The notes beneath the pieces are model-generated. The model was not told the DNA's origin. It ran no database searches and saw only the letters and a program-made list of their open reading frames with translations. A program made the position numbers and the translations under genes. 64,000 nt of DNA, from contig DATBKP010000173.1 in the NCBI GenBank assembly GCA_036555785.1, forward strand, positions 21,299 to 85,298. The letters run 5' to 3'. Below, one piece after another: positions 1 through 10,517 of the stretch (its first letter is position 1; every line of letters starts with the position of its first letter). The DNA comes from Steroidobacteraceae bacterium (GTDB lineage Bacteria > Pseudomonadota > Gammaproteobacteria > Steroidobacterales > Steroidobacteraceae).

Positions 1-1
1 A

Positions 2-958
2 GTGCAGCCCGCGAATGCGGAAGTCGTCGCCTACATCAGCGGGCGCTCCACCGGCCTGATGACGCCGCTGCTGCTCGGCGGACTCCTGCTGTACGACCAG
101 GAGAGGCGGTCCGGCGCGCTAGCGCTGTTCTGTCTTGCGTGCCTGGCGAAGGAACACGCGCTCGTGTTTCCCGCGCTGGTGCTCGCGTGGGAGCTGACGC
201 GAGCCGAGCGGCGATCCGGAGTCGTTCGCGATATCGCGGTCACATCGATCGTCGCAAGTATCGTGGCCGCTGTGCTGCTCGGCGCCGACGGCTATCGGAC
301 TCTGCTGGGCCACGCAACGACAGACAGATCGCTCGGCGACAACGTGCTGGCGAACGCACGCGCGATTCCGCAGATGCTGTCGTTGTGGGTACGCCCGTGG
401 GCGCTGTCCGTCGATCACGCGTTCGATCGACGCCTGCATGTGGGAGCCTCGATCGCCGGATTGCTGTTCCTGCTCGGCGCGGCGGCAGCGGCGGTTGCAC
501 TTCGCGGGCGACGCCCGATGCTGGCGCTCGCGATCGCATGGCCATTGATCGCGCTGTTGCCGACGAACTCGGTCCTCGCCAAGCCCGACCTCGTCACCGA
601 GAAGCCGCTCTACCTGGCGTGGGTAGGTCCTTCGCTAGCGCTCGGTGCAGCGCTGACGACGCGGCGACTGGTCCTCGGCGTAGCCGCTCTGGTGCTCTGC
701 GCTTTCGTCGGTGCGAGCCTGTGGCGGGCGTCGCTGTGGCGCGATCCGGTTGCGCTTTGGAGCGATGCAGTCGCAAAGGCGCCGCACAAATCACGCTGTT
801 GGAACAATCTCGGCATGGCGAACCTCGCCGCACAGCGCGAGCGCGAAGCGGTCGCTGCATTCGAGCGCGCAGTGTTCCTGGATCCCACGAACCAGTACGC
901 GGCGCTGAACCTCGCGACTGCGCGAGCGCTTTGCGGACCGGACTGCTCACGACCTTAG
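2..958 (+). CDS. Polytopic membrane protein with C-terminal TPR repeat (GT-C/PMT-like fold suspected), 5' end outside window
   Basis: Open from window edge. Multiple hydrophobic segments, then a TPR-like tail (CWNNLGMANLAAQREREAVAAFERAVFLDPTNQYAALNLA). High-GC third-position usage fits this frame. Confidence 0.6.
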   Translation: MQPANAEVVAYISGRSTGLMTPLLLGGLLLYDQERRSGALALFCLACLAKEHALVFPALVLAWELTRAERRSGVVRDIAVTSIVASIVAAVLLGADGYRTLLGHATTDRSLGDNVLANARAIPQMLSLWVRPWALSVDHAFDRRLHVGASIAGLLFLLGAAAAAVALRGRRPMLALAIAWPLIALLPTNSVLAKPDLVTEKPLYLAWVGPSLALGAALTTRRLVLGVAALVLCAFVGASLWRASLWRDPVALWSDAVAKAPHKSRCWNNLGMANLAAQREREAVAAFERAVFLDPTNQYAALNLATARALCGPDCSRP

Positions 959-1034
959 CACCGCCGCACGTTCCGCCGGGCGGGCGCGCCGGCGCAGCTT
1001 GGCACGGCCAATCCTCCACGCGCACAATCGCATC

Positions 1035-2153
1035 ATGCCGCGCCTACTCACTGATCACGAAATCACCGAGCGCGTACTCGCGCACATTGCCAACCGGACG
1101 ACGGACGTCGGCGAAGAGTTGTGGCGCGAGCCGGTCGAGAACTATCGCTCGCCGGAGCGCTTCGCGAGTGAGCTGGAGCGCGTGCTGCGGCGAGGCTACG
1201 TAGCGTTCTGCCCCTCGAACGCACTTGCCGAGTCAGGCTCGTATGTCGCTCGCGAAGCCGCGGGCAGGCCGGTCGTCGCGGTTCGCGGTCAGGACGGCGT
1301 CGTGCGCGCATTTCAGAACGTCTGCCGGCATCGAGGCATGCGCATCGTGTCGGAGCAGGGATGCGCGCAAGCATTCGTGTGCCCGTATCACGGCTGGACC
1401 TACGAGCTGAACGGACGATTGCGGCACGTGCCGCACGCCGAAGGATTCCCGGGACTCGACAAGGACGCTCATGGCCTGGCGCCGCTGGAGGCGATCGAGC
1501 GCCACGGTCTCGTGTTCGTCTCGCAGACGCCAGGCGCCGCTGCGGAAGATCTCGCCGGTCTGCCCGAGATCGTCGGCCAGGGACAACGGCTGTACGCGAC
1601 CAGCGCCCGCGACACGGAGGCCAACTGGAAGATCGTGCTCGAGGGATTCCTCGAGGGCTATCACATCCGCGCGACGCATCCCGAGACGTTCTATCCGTAT
1701 GGCTTCGACAACCTCAACGTCATCGAGAAGATCGGCCGGCACAGCCGCGTGACGTTCCCGTTCCGGCGTATCGAGAAGCTGGCGGCGGTACCGTCGGACG
1801 AGCGGCGCGTGATGGGCTTCGTGACCTTCGTCTATCACGTCTTCCCGAACGCGCTCGTCACGGTGCTCTCGAACCACACCAATCTGCTCGTGCTCGAGCC
1901 GCTCGGCATCGATCGCACCCGGATGGTTTCATACTCGCTCACCAATCGCGGCGGCGACGCTGCGGAAGCGCTCGAAGCCGCTACGCGCGACGCGCATTTC
2001 ACCGCAATCGGCGCCGACGAGGACCGCGCGATCGTCAGTGCGATCCAGCGCGGCGTAGCGAGCACTGCCAACGACAGCTTCGTCTTCGGCCGCTTCGAGA
2101 GCGCGATCGTCCACTTCCATCAGACGCTCAAGGCGGCGCTGGCTGGCGGTTGA
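1035..2153 (+). CDS. Rieske [2Fe-2S] aromatic ring-hydroxylating oxygenase, alpha subunit-like
   Basis: Rieske motif CRHRG...CPYHGW (CxH-x17-CxxH). The C-terminal half looks like a catalytic domain (EGYHIRATHPE). Track start 999 is TTG; the first ATG in frame is 1035 (MPRLLTDHEI). Confidence 0.9.
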   Translation: MPRLLTDHEITERVLAHIANRTTDVGEELWREPVENYRSPERFASELERVLRRGYVAFCPSNALAESGSYVAREAAGRPVVAVRGQDGVVRAFQNVCRHRGMRIVSEQGCAQAFVCPYHGWTYELNGRLRHVPHAEGFPGLDKDAHGLAPLEAIERHGLVFVSQTPGAAAEDLAGLPEIVGQGQRLYATSARDTEANWKIVLEGFLEGYHIRATHPETFYPYGFDNLNVIEKIGRHSRVTFPFRRIEKLAAVPSDERRVMGFVTFVYHVFPNALVTVLSNHTNLLVLEPLGIDRTRMVSYSLTNRGGDAAEALEAATRDAHFTAIGADEDRAIVSAIQRGVASTANDSFVFGRFESAIVHFHQTLKAALAGG

Positions 2154-3237
2154 GATACCACTCGACGTTGCTGAACGGCTGTCCCACCTCGACGACTTCC
2201 CCGACTCGCGGCGTTACGACCTGCACGTGCTCGGCAGCCGCGGCGCGCAGGGTGCGCAGTATCGGTTCGTCCCAGGCGTGATACGACAGGTTGAATGTCG
2301 CCCAGTGCACGGGCAACAGGATGCCGCTGCCCAGTTCGCGATTCGCCTGCACTGCCGACTCGGGATCCATGTGAATGTCGATCCAGCTCGGCGGTATCCC
2401 GTACGCGCCGATCTTGATCAGGTTGAGATCCGTATCCCCGTAGCGGTCGTGGATCGCGCGGAAGTGCCCGGCGTAGCCGGTGTCGCCGCTGAAGTAGAAG
2501 GAGTGCTGCCCGCCCTGGACGAGCCATGACGCCCACAGCGTCGAGTTGTTCTGTCGCTTGCGCCCTGAATAGTGCCGCGCCGGCGTGCAGTGAATCCGCA
2601 GGTTCCTGAGCTCGAGCGACTCCCACCAGTCCAGCTCGTGAATCTGCGCGGGCGCGACCTGCCAGCGTTCCAGGTGCGCCCCGACACCCAGACCGACATA
2701 GAACTGCGTGCCCTGCGCCGCGAGGTGCTGGATAGTCTTCATGTCCAGATGATCGTAGTGATCGTGCGAGATCAGCACGGCGTCGATGCCCGCAAGGTCG
2801 GCGAGTGCGATCGGCGGCGGATGCATGCGCTTCGGCCCGATCGGCAGCGGCGATACGACGTCGGACAGCACTGGATCGGTCATGACTCTCAGACCGTCGA
2901 TCTCGACGAGCACGCTCGAGTGACCGAACCAGATCGCGCGCAAGCCTGGCGCCGGCGGCGCGCGCAGCGTCTGCGGCGACACCGCAATCACTGGAATCTT
3001 GAACTGCGGCTCGCGGACCTGGCCCTGGCGGTACAGCCGTAGCGTTTCCCACAGAGAGCCGCCGCTCTGCTGCGGCGGCGTGTTCTGGAATCTCCCGTCG
3101 ATCCACTCCGGCGAGTTGCGCATGCGCTCGAGCCGTTCGCCGTCGAAGCGGCCGCCGAACGCGGGGAGCTGGAACACACCGTAGCCCGCGAGCGCGACGA
3201 AAACGACGATGCCGAGCAGGATCTTCGCGAGCTTCAC
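2128..3237 (-). CDS. MBL-fold metallo-hydrolase (NAPE-PLD-like), N-terminal membrane anchor
   Basis: HxHxDH motif ISHDHYDHLD. N-terminal hydrophobic anchor MKLAKILLGIVVFVALAGYGVF. GTG start at 3237. The 3' end overlaps the convergent Rieske gene by 26 bp. Confidence 0.85.
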   Translation of the reverse strand: MKLAKILLGIVVFVALAGYGVFQLPAFGGRFDGERLERMRNSPEWIDGRFQNTPPQQSGGSLWETLRLYRQGQVREPQFKIPVIAVSPQTLRAPPAPGLRAIWFGHSSVLVEIDGLRVMTDPVLSDVVSPLPIGPKRMHPPPIALADLAGIDAVLISHDHYDHLDMKTIQHLAAQGTQFYVGLGVGAHLERWQVAPAQIHELDWWESLELRNLRIHCTPARHYSGRKRQNNSTLWASWLVQGGQHSFYFSGDTGYAGHFRAIHDRYGDTDLNLIKIGAYGIPPSWIDIHMDPESAVQANRELGSGILLPVHWATFNLSYHAWDEPILRTLRAAAAEHVQVVTPRVGEVVEVGQPFSNVEWYLNRQPAPP

Positions 3238-3268
3238 CCCGGCAGATTAGCTCAGAAGCGGCCGACGA

Positions 3269-6200
3269 TCATTCGGCCTGCGAGTGCAGGTCCCACTCCG
3301 TCACCGTCGTGATGCCGAAGGAGTTGTAGGTCTTGGTGCCCTTGATCGACTGGCCGTCGGCGCTGATCTCGGCGCCCACGGCCGGCGGCTGCACGTCGAA
3401 CGAGAGCCACTGGCTCGGCGCCGGACCGACGTCCACGATCGTCTGGTCGTTGCACACCAGGGTGATCGTCGTGCCCGGAATGGTCGTGATGCCGAAACCT
3501 TCGATGGCTTTCGGGTCCCCGGCCGGCGACGGGACCAGGCGCAATGCCAGGCGGCCGTCCTGCGGCGCTATCGATGTACTGTTCTGGCTGTACGTGGTTC
3601 TGCATTGCTGCGGACCGGAGTCGCCCTGGATCGAGGCCGTGCCCGACTGCACTTTATAGAAACGGTTTTCGGTCGTGAGATCCGACAGATCCTTGTCGTT
3701 CTCGAACGTCACCTGCGCGGAGTAGCGGATGACTCCGCCGAACGAGTCGGTGACCGTGAGCTTCGACGTGCCGGTCCACTTGTGGCACCCGACATTCGAG
3801 AACGACAGCTTCGGTTTCTCAGCGAGCGTGATCGGCTCCGACGGCCGTTGCGGGTCGCCGTTGCTGTACACGAGCACCAGCTCTTCGATGTGCTCGTCGT
3901 GCTCGTCACGACACCACTTCTTGAATGCATCCTCCGCGCTGTTGACGGTCCAATCCTCTTCGGACCACTGCCCGTTCATCTTGAGCAGCGCCTGAATCTT
4001 CAGCTGCGTCGTGCCGCCGCTGCCGAAGGCGTTGTAGAAAGCCACGCTACGGACCTCGTCATCGGTGAACTTGAGGTAGTCATAGAAGAAGCTGAGGCGC
4101 GGAATCGTGCCGCTCGCCGATTGCAGCAGATCGATCTGGCGCGAGCTCGCGCCATCGAGCTTCACTTCGGTCGGCCGCGGGCTGCCCTGGAACGGCGTCT
4201 CCAGCGCCTTCTTCATGCCCCATTCCAGCTGGTCCCAGTCGTGGTACTCGCTCTTCTGGCCGTTCTGATAGTCGTTCCACGAGGTCAGTGCGAACTTGTG
4301 CCAGGTCTCGGTCAGATCGCCGACGCCGGCATGCAGCGCGCCGATGCTGTCTGCTCCCGTGGTCGCATCCCAGATCGCTTTGATCTTCGCCGCGCCCTGG
4401 CTGCGCGCCAGGTAGAACAGGAACACGTAGTCGGAATAGCCGTTGGTCTTGTCCGCATCGCCGCCCGTGCCCGGCTCGTCGATCGGCTTCGCGTGCTCGA
4501 CGTACATGTAGGCGGCGGCGTAGCCCTGCTCGGCGCGGTAGTTACTCGAGCCGTTCGGCGCCGAGTCGTTCGGGTAGACGTGATCGATGACCCAGTTGGC
4601 GGTCGCCTCGCCCAACCAGTCGTAGTCGGCACAGTTGCCCGTCGCGTGGCTGTAGCCGAATTCGATCGCGTGGAAGAACTCGTGCGCCAGCGTGTCGCGC
4701 ACTTGCTTCTTCGTGACTTCCTGGTTGTCGATGTTGGGATCGAAGTACGCCGAGAGCGAGCGCATCAGGATATGCGAGGGCCGCGGACCGCAAACCTCGC
4801 TGTAAGCCATCGTGATCGCGCGCGGCGCGTTGCCGCCGAAGTCGCTTATCCACCAGCTGCTAGGGACGATCGTGATGTCGAGCGCACCGTCGCCGCCGTT
4901 GCAACCGGAGTCGAGAGTGCCATCGCTCGGCGGGGCGCGGCCGAACAGTGCGGTCTCGGAATTCCAGATCTCTTCGATGAACTGCGCGACCAGCTGCGCG
5001 GTCTGCAGGCCCCGCTGGTGATCGAGCTGCGACGAAGGATCCTGACTCGTCGGCGCGGCGCGGTAGTGAATGTTCGCGTGCGCGGTGACGAGTGTGTCGA
5101 AGGACGACGTGCGTCCATAGACACAGTTGTCCTGAGTCGTTGGTGCAGCCTGCGTCGTCAAGGTCCTGCCCTGCGCGCGTAAGCCCGCTGTTACCGCCGC
5201 GGAAGCGCTGTCGCGGAGCGCAGCCCAGCTTGCATCGTAGATCGGCAGAATGAAGAACGGCTGCAGCAGCGACTGCGTCTGCGCCGAGAGCGTCGGCAAC
5301 AGCCGGGCCACTTCCGTGACGATGCGGCTGTCGACATTCGGCGAAGGCGCGCCACGAAATGCCGCCGGCAGACGCGGGTCGCCGAATTCCACGAACATCT
5401 TGTAGACCAGGGCCTGCTCGCTGCTGATGTTGCCGCTCGCCAGCGCTGCGTCGATGAGCTGCACGCTGGTTTGTCCCGAGCTCGGCAGCGGGGTGGAGGC
5501 CGCGGCGTTCGGATCCGAGCCGGCCTGGAGCTCGTCGATGTCCCGGAACCCGTCGCCATCGGAATCCGCCGCCTTCGGGTTCGTGCCGTACAGATTGACT
5601 TCATCGCCGTCGGGCAGCGTGTCGTCATCGGTATCCGGATCGTTCGGGTCCGTGCCGAGCGCGCGCTCCTCATCGTCTGTCAGGCCATCGCCGTCGGAGT
5701 CGACCGGCGGGCCGCCGCCGCCATTCACGGTCAGCGCGACATTCGCAGTTGCCGACTCCACGCCATCACTCACGGAGTACGTGAATGAGTCAGCGCCGAA
5801 GAATCCTGCGGCCGGCGTGTAACGTACGGCAGCGCCGTTGATCGAGGTCGTGCCGTGCGCTGGCTGAGTGACTGAGGCAATCGACAGCGCATCGCCATCC
5901 GGGTCGGTGTCGTTTGTAAGCACAGCAACGTCGACGGCGGCACCGGCGTTGGTGCTCGCGCTATCGTCGTTGGCGACGGGCCCGTTGTTGGTCGCCGTGA
6001 TCGTCGCGGATGCGGGCGCGCTGTTCGTCGTTCCGTCGTTCACGACCAGCTGCGTGACATACACGCCCGGCTTGTCGGCCGTGAACTTGGAGCTCACCGC
6101 GTTCGGTTCGTCGAGGGCTGCATCGCTGTCATCCGGTCGCGAGAGGATCGACCAGTTGAAGCCGAGCGGATCGCCGTCGCGATCCGCAGATGCGGAGCCG

Positions 6201-7549
6201 TCGAGCGTGACGGTCGAGCCCCACTTCACTGTCGACGGCGCGCTGATGTCGGCGACCGGCGCGCTGTTGAGCGTCGAGATCGCGACCGTATCCGGTGCGC
6301 TCGACGCCTGGCCGTCGTTCACGATGAGTTGCGCTACGTACGTGCCCGGCTTGTCGATATCGAGCGCGGGAGCGGCCGTGTCGGCGCTTTGCAATGTCGC
6401 CGCACTGTTCGCCGGGCGCGAGTTCAATGTCCACGCGTAGCTGAGCGCGTCACCGTCGCCGTCGGCCGAGCCCGTGCCGTCGAGGTGCACCGTCTCACCG
6501 ACGTGCGCGCTCTGGTCTGCGCCAGCGTCGGCGATCGGCGTGGTGTTCGCTCGCGTCGTCGAGATCACGACTGCATCGGGCGCGCTGGACACGGTACCGT
6601 CGTCGACGACGAGCTCGATCACGTACTCGCCCGCGAGATCCGGGGTGAACCTCGCGAGTGCCTGCGCCGGGTCGACGATCTGCGCGCTGCTGCCGGCGGG
6701 TGCGGTCACTACGCTCCACGCATAGGTCAGCATGTCGCCATCGACGTCGCTCGAAGCGCTGCCGTCGAGCGTGACCTCGACTCCGACCTGCGTCTGCCGA
6801 TCGGCGCCGGCGTGTGCGACCGGTGCGCTGTTCTGCGTGCTGATCAGCACCGTATCCGGTGCGCTATCGACGATGCCGTCGTTGACGACGAGCTGAACGA
6901 CGTAGTCGCCTTCGCGATCCGGAGTAAAGGATGGTCGCACCACGGACGGCGAGCTGAGCGATGCGCTGCTGCCGGCAGGACGGCTGACGAACGACCACGT
7001 GTAACGCAGCGACTGGCCGTCGGGATCGGTTGAACCGCTGCCGTCGAGTGTCACCACCTGGGCGACGTACACTGTCTGGTCCGCGCCGGCGTTGGCGAGC
7101 GGCGGCGAGTTCGTGTTCCCGCAGTTGGCGCAGGTGATCTGCCACGAGAGCGACTCGTTGATCTCGCGGATCAGGCGCAGCAGATCGCCCGGTCTGCGGC
7201 TGTTCGGCAGCAGGATGCGCAGCTTGAACGTGTCCTGGCTGACGATGAGGCGAAGACTGGAGGTGTGCGGCACATCGCCGAAGAACAGCTCGCCATCCAG
7301 CACGATGAAGCGCGGCGAGCTGCTGATCAGCGTCGCGCGGACCCCAAGCGCGCCGCTGCCGCGATTGATGATGGCGGTGCGTGCCGTGACGTCCAGCGCG
7401 CGCGGCGGACCTGCCACTTCCTCGAGCTGCGTGACCTGCAGACCGAGCGGCGTGATGGAGAGCTGTGGCGCGGCCTGGGCGACGGCCGTGGCCAGCAAGA
7501 ACAGACTCAGCGCGGCAAGAACGCCTCGCGTCGCCATAGAGGTCTTCAT
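3269..7549 (-). CDS. Secreted 1426-aa modular zinc metalloprotease candidate (4 PKD-like repeats, cadherin/VCBS-like domain, thrombospondin type-3-like Ca-binding repeats, HExxH domain)
   Basis: ATG at 7549 with signal peptide [26 protein letters not shown]. Four ~93-aa repeats (A[GD]ADQ..V.LDGS.S.D.DGD.L.Y.W....P..S.A...). Asp-rich [12 protein letters not shown]...[12 protein letters not shown]...[14 protein letters not shown] at aa 956-960 (nt 4670-4684). Confidence 0.9.
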   Translation of the reverse strand: MKTSMATRGVLAALSLFLLATAVAQAAPQLSITPLGLQVTQLEEVAGPPRALDVTARTAIINRGSGALGVRATLISSSPRFIVLDGELFFGDVPHTSSLRLIVSQDTFKLRILLPNSRRPGDLLRLIREINESLSWQITCANCGNTNSPPLANAGADQTVYVAQVVTLDGSGSTDPDGQSLRYTWSFVSRPAGSSASLSSPSVVRPSFTPDREGDYVVQLVVNDGIVDSAPDTVLISTQNSAPVAHAGADRQTQVGVEVTLDGSASSDVDGDMLTYAWSVVTAPAGSSAQIVDPAQALARFTPDLAGEYVIELVVDDGTVSSAPDAVVISTTRANTTPIADAGADQSAHVGETVHLDGTGSADGDGDALSYAWTLNSRPANSAATLQSADTAAPALDIDKPGTYVAQLIVNDGQASSAPDTVAISTLNSAPVADISAPSTVKWGSTVTLDGSASADRDGDPLGFNWSILSRPDDSDAALDEPNAVSSKFTADKPGVYVTQLVVNDGTTNSAPASATITATNNGPVANDDSASTNAGAAVDVAVLTNDTDPDGDALSIASVTQPAHGTTSINGAAVRYTPAAGFFGADSFTYSVSDGVESATANVALTVNGGGGPPVDSDGDGLTDDEERALGTDPNDPDTDDDTLPDGDEVNLYGTNPKAADSDGDGFRDIDELQAGSDPNAAASTPLPSSGQTSVQLIDAALASGNISSEQALVYKMFVEFGDPRLPAAFRGAPSPNVDSRIVTEVARLLPTLSAQTQSLLQPFFILPIYDASWAALRDSASAAVTAGLRAQGRTLTTQAAPTTQDNCVYGRTSSFDTLVTAHANIHYRAAPTSQDPSSQLDHQRGLQTAQLVAQFIEEIWNSETALFGRAPPSDGTLDSGCNGGDGALDITIVPSSWWISDFGGNAPRAITMAYSEVCGPRPSHILMRSLSAYFDPNIDNQEVTKKQVRDTLAHEFFHAIEFGYSHATGNCADYDWLGEATANWVIDHVYPNDSAPNGSSNYRAEQGYAAAYMYVEHAKPIDEPGTGGDADKTNGYSDYVFLFYLARSQGAAKIKAIWDATTGADSIGALHAGVGDLTETWHKFALTSWNDYQNGQKSEYHDWDQLEWGMKKALETPFQGSPRPTEVKLDGASSRQIDLLQSASGTIPRLSFFYDYLKFTDDEVRSVAFYNAFGSGGTTQLKIQALLKMNGQWSEEDWTVNSAEDAFKKWCRDEHDEHIEELVLVYSNGDPQRPSEPITLAEKPKLSFSNVGCHKWTGTSKLTVTDSFGGVIRYSAQVTFENDKDLSDLTTENRFYKVQSGTASIQGDSGPQQCRTTYSQNSTSIAPQDGRLALRLVPSPAGDPKAIEGFGITTIPGTTITLVCNDQTIVDVGPAPSQWLSFDVQPPAVGAEISADGQSIKGTKTYNSFGITTVTEWDLHSQAE
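5990..7111 (-). repeat. Four tandem PKD-like coding repeats (~280 bp period) inside the 3269-7549 gene
   Basis: The repeats are clear in translation, aa 147-520: [12 protein letters not shown]..., [12 protein letters not shown]..., [12 protein letters not shown]..., [12 protein letters not shown]..., each ending ...NDG...SAPD.V.IST. They are diverged at the DNA level. Confidence 0.8.
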
Positions 7550-7671
7550 GGATCCCCGCCTTGTACCGGCCAGTTTGTGGCCGAAGGTACAGGCAATCGC
7601 GCCGGCGACATGTAACCCGCACGAGGGACAGGCGGACCGGATCGTCCGCAGTGCGGGCGAGGTGGGAGCGG

Positions 7672-8286
7672 CTATTCGATATAAGTCAGGGTCGCGCGAT
7701 AGTCATCGAGCTCGCGCTGATACACGACCAGGTCGCCCTCGAGCTGCGGCAGGCGCGCTTTGAGCTCGCCCTTGCGCTCAGCCAGGTGCTTGCTGTCGAC
7801 CAGCAGTTGCGCGCGCTGTTCGTTGGTCGTTGTCGGGTCGAGGATCTTCGCGCCGACGCTGATGAGGTCGCGGTCGATCTGTTCCAGCTCGGAGTGCATG
7901 GAATAGATCTCGCCCTGGGTCGAGCCGACGCGCGAGCGCAGGGTGTAGAGCTGGCGGCCGGATTGATAGGCATCGACGAACGTCGGGTCGAGATCGGCCG
8001 GGCAGACGCCGCTGTAGCCGTTGCCTCGCGCGCCGACGCGGAAACCGTTGGCCGGTTTACAGAACTCGCGCAGGCCCTGCTCGCGGCCCGACTGGTACTC
8101 GCTCAGGTTGGGCGTCACACCGTGCTCGCTGCACGCGTTGCGATAGCGTCCGATGCGATCGCCGCTGTAGCCGTTCACGCCGTCTTCATAGCCGACCGTC
8201 CGCCAGTCGGTGGACAGGCATTCCTGTTCGCTCATGGAACTGCAGCCGGCGAGCGCGGCCAGCGCGGCGAGAATGAGGATGCGCAT
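7672..8286 (-). CDS. DUF2799-like lipoprotein
   Basis: Lipobox [15 protein letters not shown]. Repeated W..G..DG..G and CP motifs typical of DUF2799, followed by a C-terminal coiled coil. Confidence 0.75.
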   Translation of the reverse strand: MRILILAALAALAGCSSMSEQECLSTDWRTVGYEDGVNGYSGDRIGRYRNACSEHGVTPNLSEYQSGREQGLREFCKPANGFRVGARGNGYSGVCPADLDPTFVDAYQSGRQLYTLRSRVGSTQGEIYSMHSELEQIDRDLISVGAKILDPTTTNEQRAQLLVDSKHLAERKGELKARLPQLEGDLVVYQRELDDYRATLTYIE

Positions 8287-8330
8287 GGATGCAACTTAGC
8301 CAGCGACCGCTCGAGGGTGTGTGAACGGCA

Positions 8331-8972
8331 TCACAGGCCGGCGACATACTCCATGCCGACCCGCAATCCGTGAGTCAGGACACGCGGCAGGACATAGTAG
8401 AGGTTCGCCGAAAGCAGTCCGTGGGCCAGCCCGTTTGCCCACAGATTCGGTGAGCGCCGATAGACGAGACAACACACGAGTCCCCAGACGAAGGTCACCG
8501 TCGTCAGGAACACATTGGGCAGGTGCAGCAGTGCGAACAGCAGCGCTGTGATCAGCGGGGCGCCTTGAAGGCCGCCGATATGTTCGACGCGTTTGAAGAT
8601 GAAGCCGAGCATCACGTATTGCTGCGCGATGCCGAACGCAACGAATTGAGCGAGCAACGGGCTGCCGGTTCGGGCCGGCGGGGGCAAGCCGCTCTCGCGC
8701 AGGATGATCGCCGCGCTCCAGGTCAGCACGCAGCCCGCGAACATGACTGGCAGCAGTAGCCGGCACGTCGACCAGAACGTATCCCAGCGGAAGCCGATCG
8801 CGCGCCACCCTTCGCCGGCCTGCCGATGCGAGTACAGGAGTATCGCGAGCAGCCCCGCCGCAAACGCCAGGTTGACCCCGGGCGATGCCTGCCGGCCGAA
8901 CCACAGGTACGCGGCGATCATCCCGACGACGCTGACGATCTCCGCGATGCTGAGGCCGGCTGCTCGATTCAT
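8331..8972 (-). CDS. CPBP (CAAX protease/bacteriocin-processing) family intramembrane protein, motif 1 degenerate
   Basis: Polytopic. Motif 2 is FALLH and motif 3 is HGLLSAN, at family-typical spacing. The expected EExxxR position reads AQQYVML. Confidence 0.7.
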   Translation of the reverse strand: MNRAAGLSIAEIVSVVGMIAAYLWFGRQASPGVNLAFAAGLLAILLYSHRQAGEGWRAIGFRWDTFWSTCRLLLPVMFAGCVLTWSAAIILRESGLPPPARTGSPLLAQFVAFGIAQQYVMLGFIFKRVEHIGGLQGAPLITALLFALLHLPNVFLTTVTFVWGLVCCLVYRRSPNLWANGLAHGLLSANLYYVLPRVLTHGLRVGMEYVAGL

Positions 8973-9061
8973 AGCCGCAGTCTACAGTTCGTCACGATTG
9001 CTCACGGTGCCTTGCCGCTCCCGCGTCTAACGTGCGCCGACCAGAGGGCTAGGAGGTCACG

Positions 9062-9856
9062 ATGAGCGCAGTCGCCACTGGCGCTTTGCAGCGCGCCGCC
9101 TCGCTGTGGTTTCTCACCGCTGTCGCCGGGCAATGGCTGTTCGTCTATTACATTGCCGCGTTCTACGGTCCCACCGCGTTCTCCGGCGACTATGCGGCCT
9201 GGGATCGGAACACCGGCATGACCGACGGCTATCTCGCGGGTGACTCGGCCGGCAACCTGTTCTTTCTCGCCCACGTCGTGGCCGCCGCCGCGTTGACGTT
9301 CGCGGGAACGCTGCAGCTGGTGCCGCAGATTCGCGCACGCGCGATGGCTTTTCATCGCTGGAACGGACGCATTTTCATGAGCGCCGCGATCGCCGCGGCG
9401 CTCGCCGGGTTGTATCTGGAATGGGTGCGCGGCACCGGTCTGCGTGCACCGACCGGTCTGGCTGCTTCGTTCGGAGTAACGCTGAATGCCGTGCTGATTC
9501 TGGCGTTCACTGCCCTCGCATGGCGCGCAGTGCGGAGTCGCAGGATCGCTGCGCATCGCGAATGGGCGACGCGGCTGTTCCTCGTGGTCAACGGCACCTG
9601 GTTCATGCGCGTGGGGTTCCGCGCGTGGATGGCGCTGACCGGCGGAGCGTTCGGCGGCCAGCCGTTCTTCAGCTACTGGTCGTTCGCCGCCTATCTGCTG
9701 CCTCTGGCGATCCATGAGTTGTACCTGCGCGCGAGGAATGGCGCGCCGCGCACGCGGTATGCGATGGCCGCGTGTCTGGTCGCGCTGACCGTGACGATGG
9801 GAATCGGCGAGCTCTACACCTTCCTGCGTACCTGGCATCCACTGCTCGCTCTGTGA
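9062..9856 (+). CDS. DUF2306-like integral membrane protein
   Basis: ATG at 9062. Six hydrophobic segments. The N-terminal pattern LWFLTAVAGQWLFVYYI is typical of DUF2306. Confidence 0.65.
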   Translation: MSAVATGALQRAASLWFLTAVAGQWLFVYYIAAFYGPTAFSGDYAAWDRNTGMTDGYLAGDSAGNLFFLAHVVAAAALTFAGTLQLVPQIRARAMAFHRWNGRIFMSAAIAAALAGLYLEWVRGTGLRAPTGLAASFGVTLNAVLILAFTALAWRAVRSRRIAAHREWATRLFLVVNGTWFMRVGFRAWMALTGGAFGGQPFFSYWSFAAYLLPLAIHELYLRARNGAPRTRYAMAACLVALTVTMGIGELYTFLRTWHPLLAL

Positions 9857-9863
9857 GGTAACA

Positions 9864-10517
9864 ATGAAGCATCCGCGGTTGCTGGCGCGCATTGCTGGCG
9901 CGTTTTATCTGGTCATCACTGCGTGCGCTCTGTTTGCGTACCTGTACGTACGCGACCAGGTGATCGACGTCGATGACATGGCGCGGACCGCAGCCAACTT
10001 GGTCGCGCACGAGCAGCTCTACAGATTGGGCTTCGCGGCGGCCGTCATCGTCGTCATCTGCAATCTGCCGATGGGATTCATCCTCACCGAGCTGCTCGAG
10101 GTGGTGAACGAGCGCATCGCGCGGCTCGCGCTGGTCTTCATCGTCGCGTCAGCCACGCTCGAGGCGGTCAACCTCGCGAACTACATCGAGCCGTTGTTCG
10201 CCGTCTCGCCCGTGCCGATCCGGATGTGGAGCTATGCCTTCAGCGTGAGCCTGACGTTCTTTGGCGTGTACTGCGCCCTGATCGGCGTCCTCGTCTTGCG
10301 CTCCGGCTTCCTGCCCAGGGTGCTCGGCGTGTTGCTGATCGCTTGCGGCGCCACCTACTGGAGCAACGCGTTCCGGCTGTTCCTCGCGTTGCCGATCCCC
10401 TATATCCAGTGGGTCACGCTGGTCGGCGAGAACGCGCTGGCCCTGTGGCTGCTGATCGTGGGCCTCGACGAGGCGCGCTGGCGCGAGCGGGCCGCAGCGT
10501 ACAATCCGGCTCGATGA
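9864..10517 (+). CDS. DUF4386-like integral membrane protein
   Basis: ATG at 9864, 8 nt after the preceding stop. The RIAGAFYLV opening is typical of DUF4386. Its stop overlaps the next start (ATGA at 10514-10517). Confidence 0.65.
   Translation: MKHPRLLARIAGAFYLVITACALFAYLYVRDQVIDVDDMARTAANLVAHEQLYRLGFAAAVIVVICNLPMGFILTELLEVVNERIARLALVFIVASATLEAVNLANYIEPLFAVSPVPIRMWSYAFSVSLTFFGVYCALIGVLVLRSGFLPRVLGVLLIACGATYWSNAFRLFLALPIPYIQWVTLVGENALALWLLIVGLDEARWRERAAAYNPAR

Noticed and set aside
2128-2153. 26-bp overlap of the convergent Rieske and MBL genes (and a similar 66-bp overlap at 52658-52723)
   Set aside because: Convergent 3' overlaps occur in compact GC-rich genomes. There is no evidence here of antisense regulation, so this is noted only as an annotation caveat.
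3284-5182. 632-aa + strand ORF, plus several shorter ones, antisense to the big protease gene
   Set aside because: Shadow ORFs. The minus-strand frame has a signal peptide, PKD repeats and HEFFH, while the + frames are Arg/Gly/Val-rich with no recognisable domain.
7560-7595. Imperfect hairpin GTACCGGCCA-gtttg-TGGCC-gaa-GGTAC downstream of the DUF2799 gene
   Set aside because: The stem is bulged and no U-tract follows on the relevant (minus) strand. This is too weak to call a terminator or riboregulator.
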